Positions 18,805 to 20,000 of a DNA stretch of 20,000 bases are shown in pieces. Below the pieces are notes generated by a model. That model saw nothing but the letters and a program-made list of their open reading frames with translations, ran no database searches and was not told the origin of the DNA. The position numbers and the translations under genes are program-made. How positions within the stretch are numbered: position 1 is the stretch's first letter; each line of letters begins with the position of its first letter. This DNA comes from Folioceros fuciformis. Taxonomy: Eukaryota. The stretch covers positions 80,129 through 100,128 of the forward strand of contig JBNGIO010005874.1 of NCBI GenBank assembly GCA_049999805.1, written 5' to 3'.

Positions 18805-20000
18805 TCACATGCCTTGGCTACCACCTTGCTGACCACTAGATGCCTGGTTTGTAAATGTTTGTTTCTGTTGTTTCATAATAAGAACTTGCCAGGCCTCAAC
18901 AAATTCTATACGAAGATCACCCTTTGCAATATGCCTAAGACCTTGACTTTCCCAAAATGCTTGTTTCCTTTTTAAACTGTTATCTCCCATAAGGATGCCT
19001 TCTGGAAAAGTAAATTATGGATGGACACCTAACTCTTGTGCTCCTAGCTCTTCAATTTTCTTGATGGCTTGTTGCAACGAGCCTGTAATATGTTTCTCCA
19101 AGTGTGGCCATTTATTAATCATTGTGCAAATTTTCTTGAATTGCACCTCCAAAACTTCACCTTTTTGGCATTGCTAGTTGCATTGGCTTACACTTATATC
19201 TTAATGCATGGCCTTTGGAATTTCTTTTCCCGCATATTCATGATCTAGTGTTTTTGCTATAACATAAATGGGAACATCTCCAAGTTGTGCCATGTGCATA
19301 AATTACTACATGAGTTGCTAAGTCGGAGTAAGTTTCCTTAATAACATCCTAACCTTCACTTGGTGTTTACAAATAAAGCCCTGCATAGCATACGAACAAT
19401 TACACAAAGGCCAATTAGTAGAGGCATGTTTCATCTCATATACCAACGAGTGATTTTGTTTTTCGCTTCGGATATAGGCGTAAGAATTGGTCTCTGTAGG
19501 CAAAACAACGTTTGCATCACTGATTTTTGAAGCCTTTGTCACAGCATGTTGTACCATTCTCTTCACCTTAACATTTCCTATAATACCTTATTTTTTACAC
19601 TCCACTTGGAACGAAAAATGTCTATCTTCATCTTCCACCAGCATATGGATTAACCAATCAACTCGCTATCCCTCCATTCTTCTCTTGGTCATGCTATATC
19701 GCATTTTTAAATGATTGTGATAAGATTCAATACTGCTGTTACAATCTTGCCTTGCATGAGGTAATGTGCGAACAGCTCGTATCAACATGTGCATATTTTC
19801 CCCCCATTGATCTTTGAAATATTGCACAAATGTAGGTTAATAAACCTCATATGTGTTGTAGAACAAATGTAGCTTTGCCTTAGCATCATGAATGCTATAC
19901 CCTTTTGTGTCAATATACATAATTTCAGCAAGCATTGACATCATATCACCTTATGTTTGAGCATTCTTCACCTTCCTCAAGAATTGTCTTAGCCAAGCAC
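18805..20000 (-). mobile_element. Decayed MULE (Mutator-like) transposase, C-terminal part with SWIM zinc finger; continues beyond window
   Basis: Single minus frame: AWLRQF...FVQYFKDQW...PHARQDCNSSIESYHNHLK...RVDWLIHML...WPLCNCSYAMQGFICKHQVKV (SWIM CxC-xn-CxH)...DNSLKRKQAFWE. It carries 10 in-frame premature stops. Confidence 0.8.

Overview
Gene-dense eukaryotic nuclear DNA from a land plant, most likely a hornwort. That assignment is inferred from PLS-class PPR proteins with 37-aa 'LL' motifs and a WW-type PG box. From left to right the window holds: (1) a 3-exon gene for mitochondrial complex I subunit B14.5b/NDUFC2; (2) a large, mostly disordered ORF of unknown function; (3) a ~31-bp minisatellite; (4) two paralogous, intronless, divergently oriented PLS-E+ PPR organellar RNA-editing factors, both stopping just after a 'PGQSWWTD' box with eroded DYW-deaminase sequence still visible past the stop; (5) between them, TE debris (LINE endonuclease relic, 272-bp foldback/MITE-like element, 28-bp minisatellite) and a 10-N assembly gap; (6) at the right end, a nested ~340-bp/47-bp tandem repeat, an RPA70-C-like OB/zinc-ribbon ORF and a convergent decayed MULE-SWIM transposase. 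No prokaryotic-type system, RNA gene or CRISPR array is supported.
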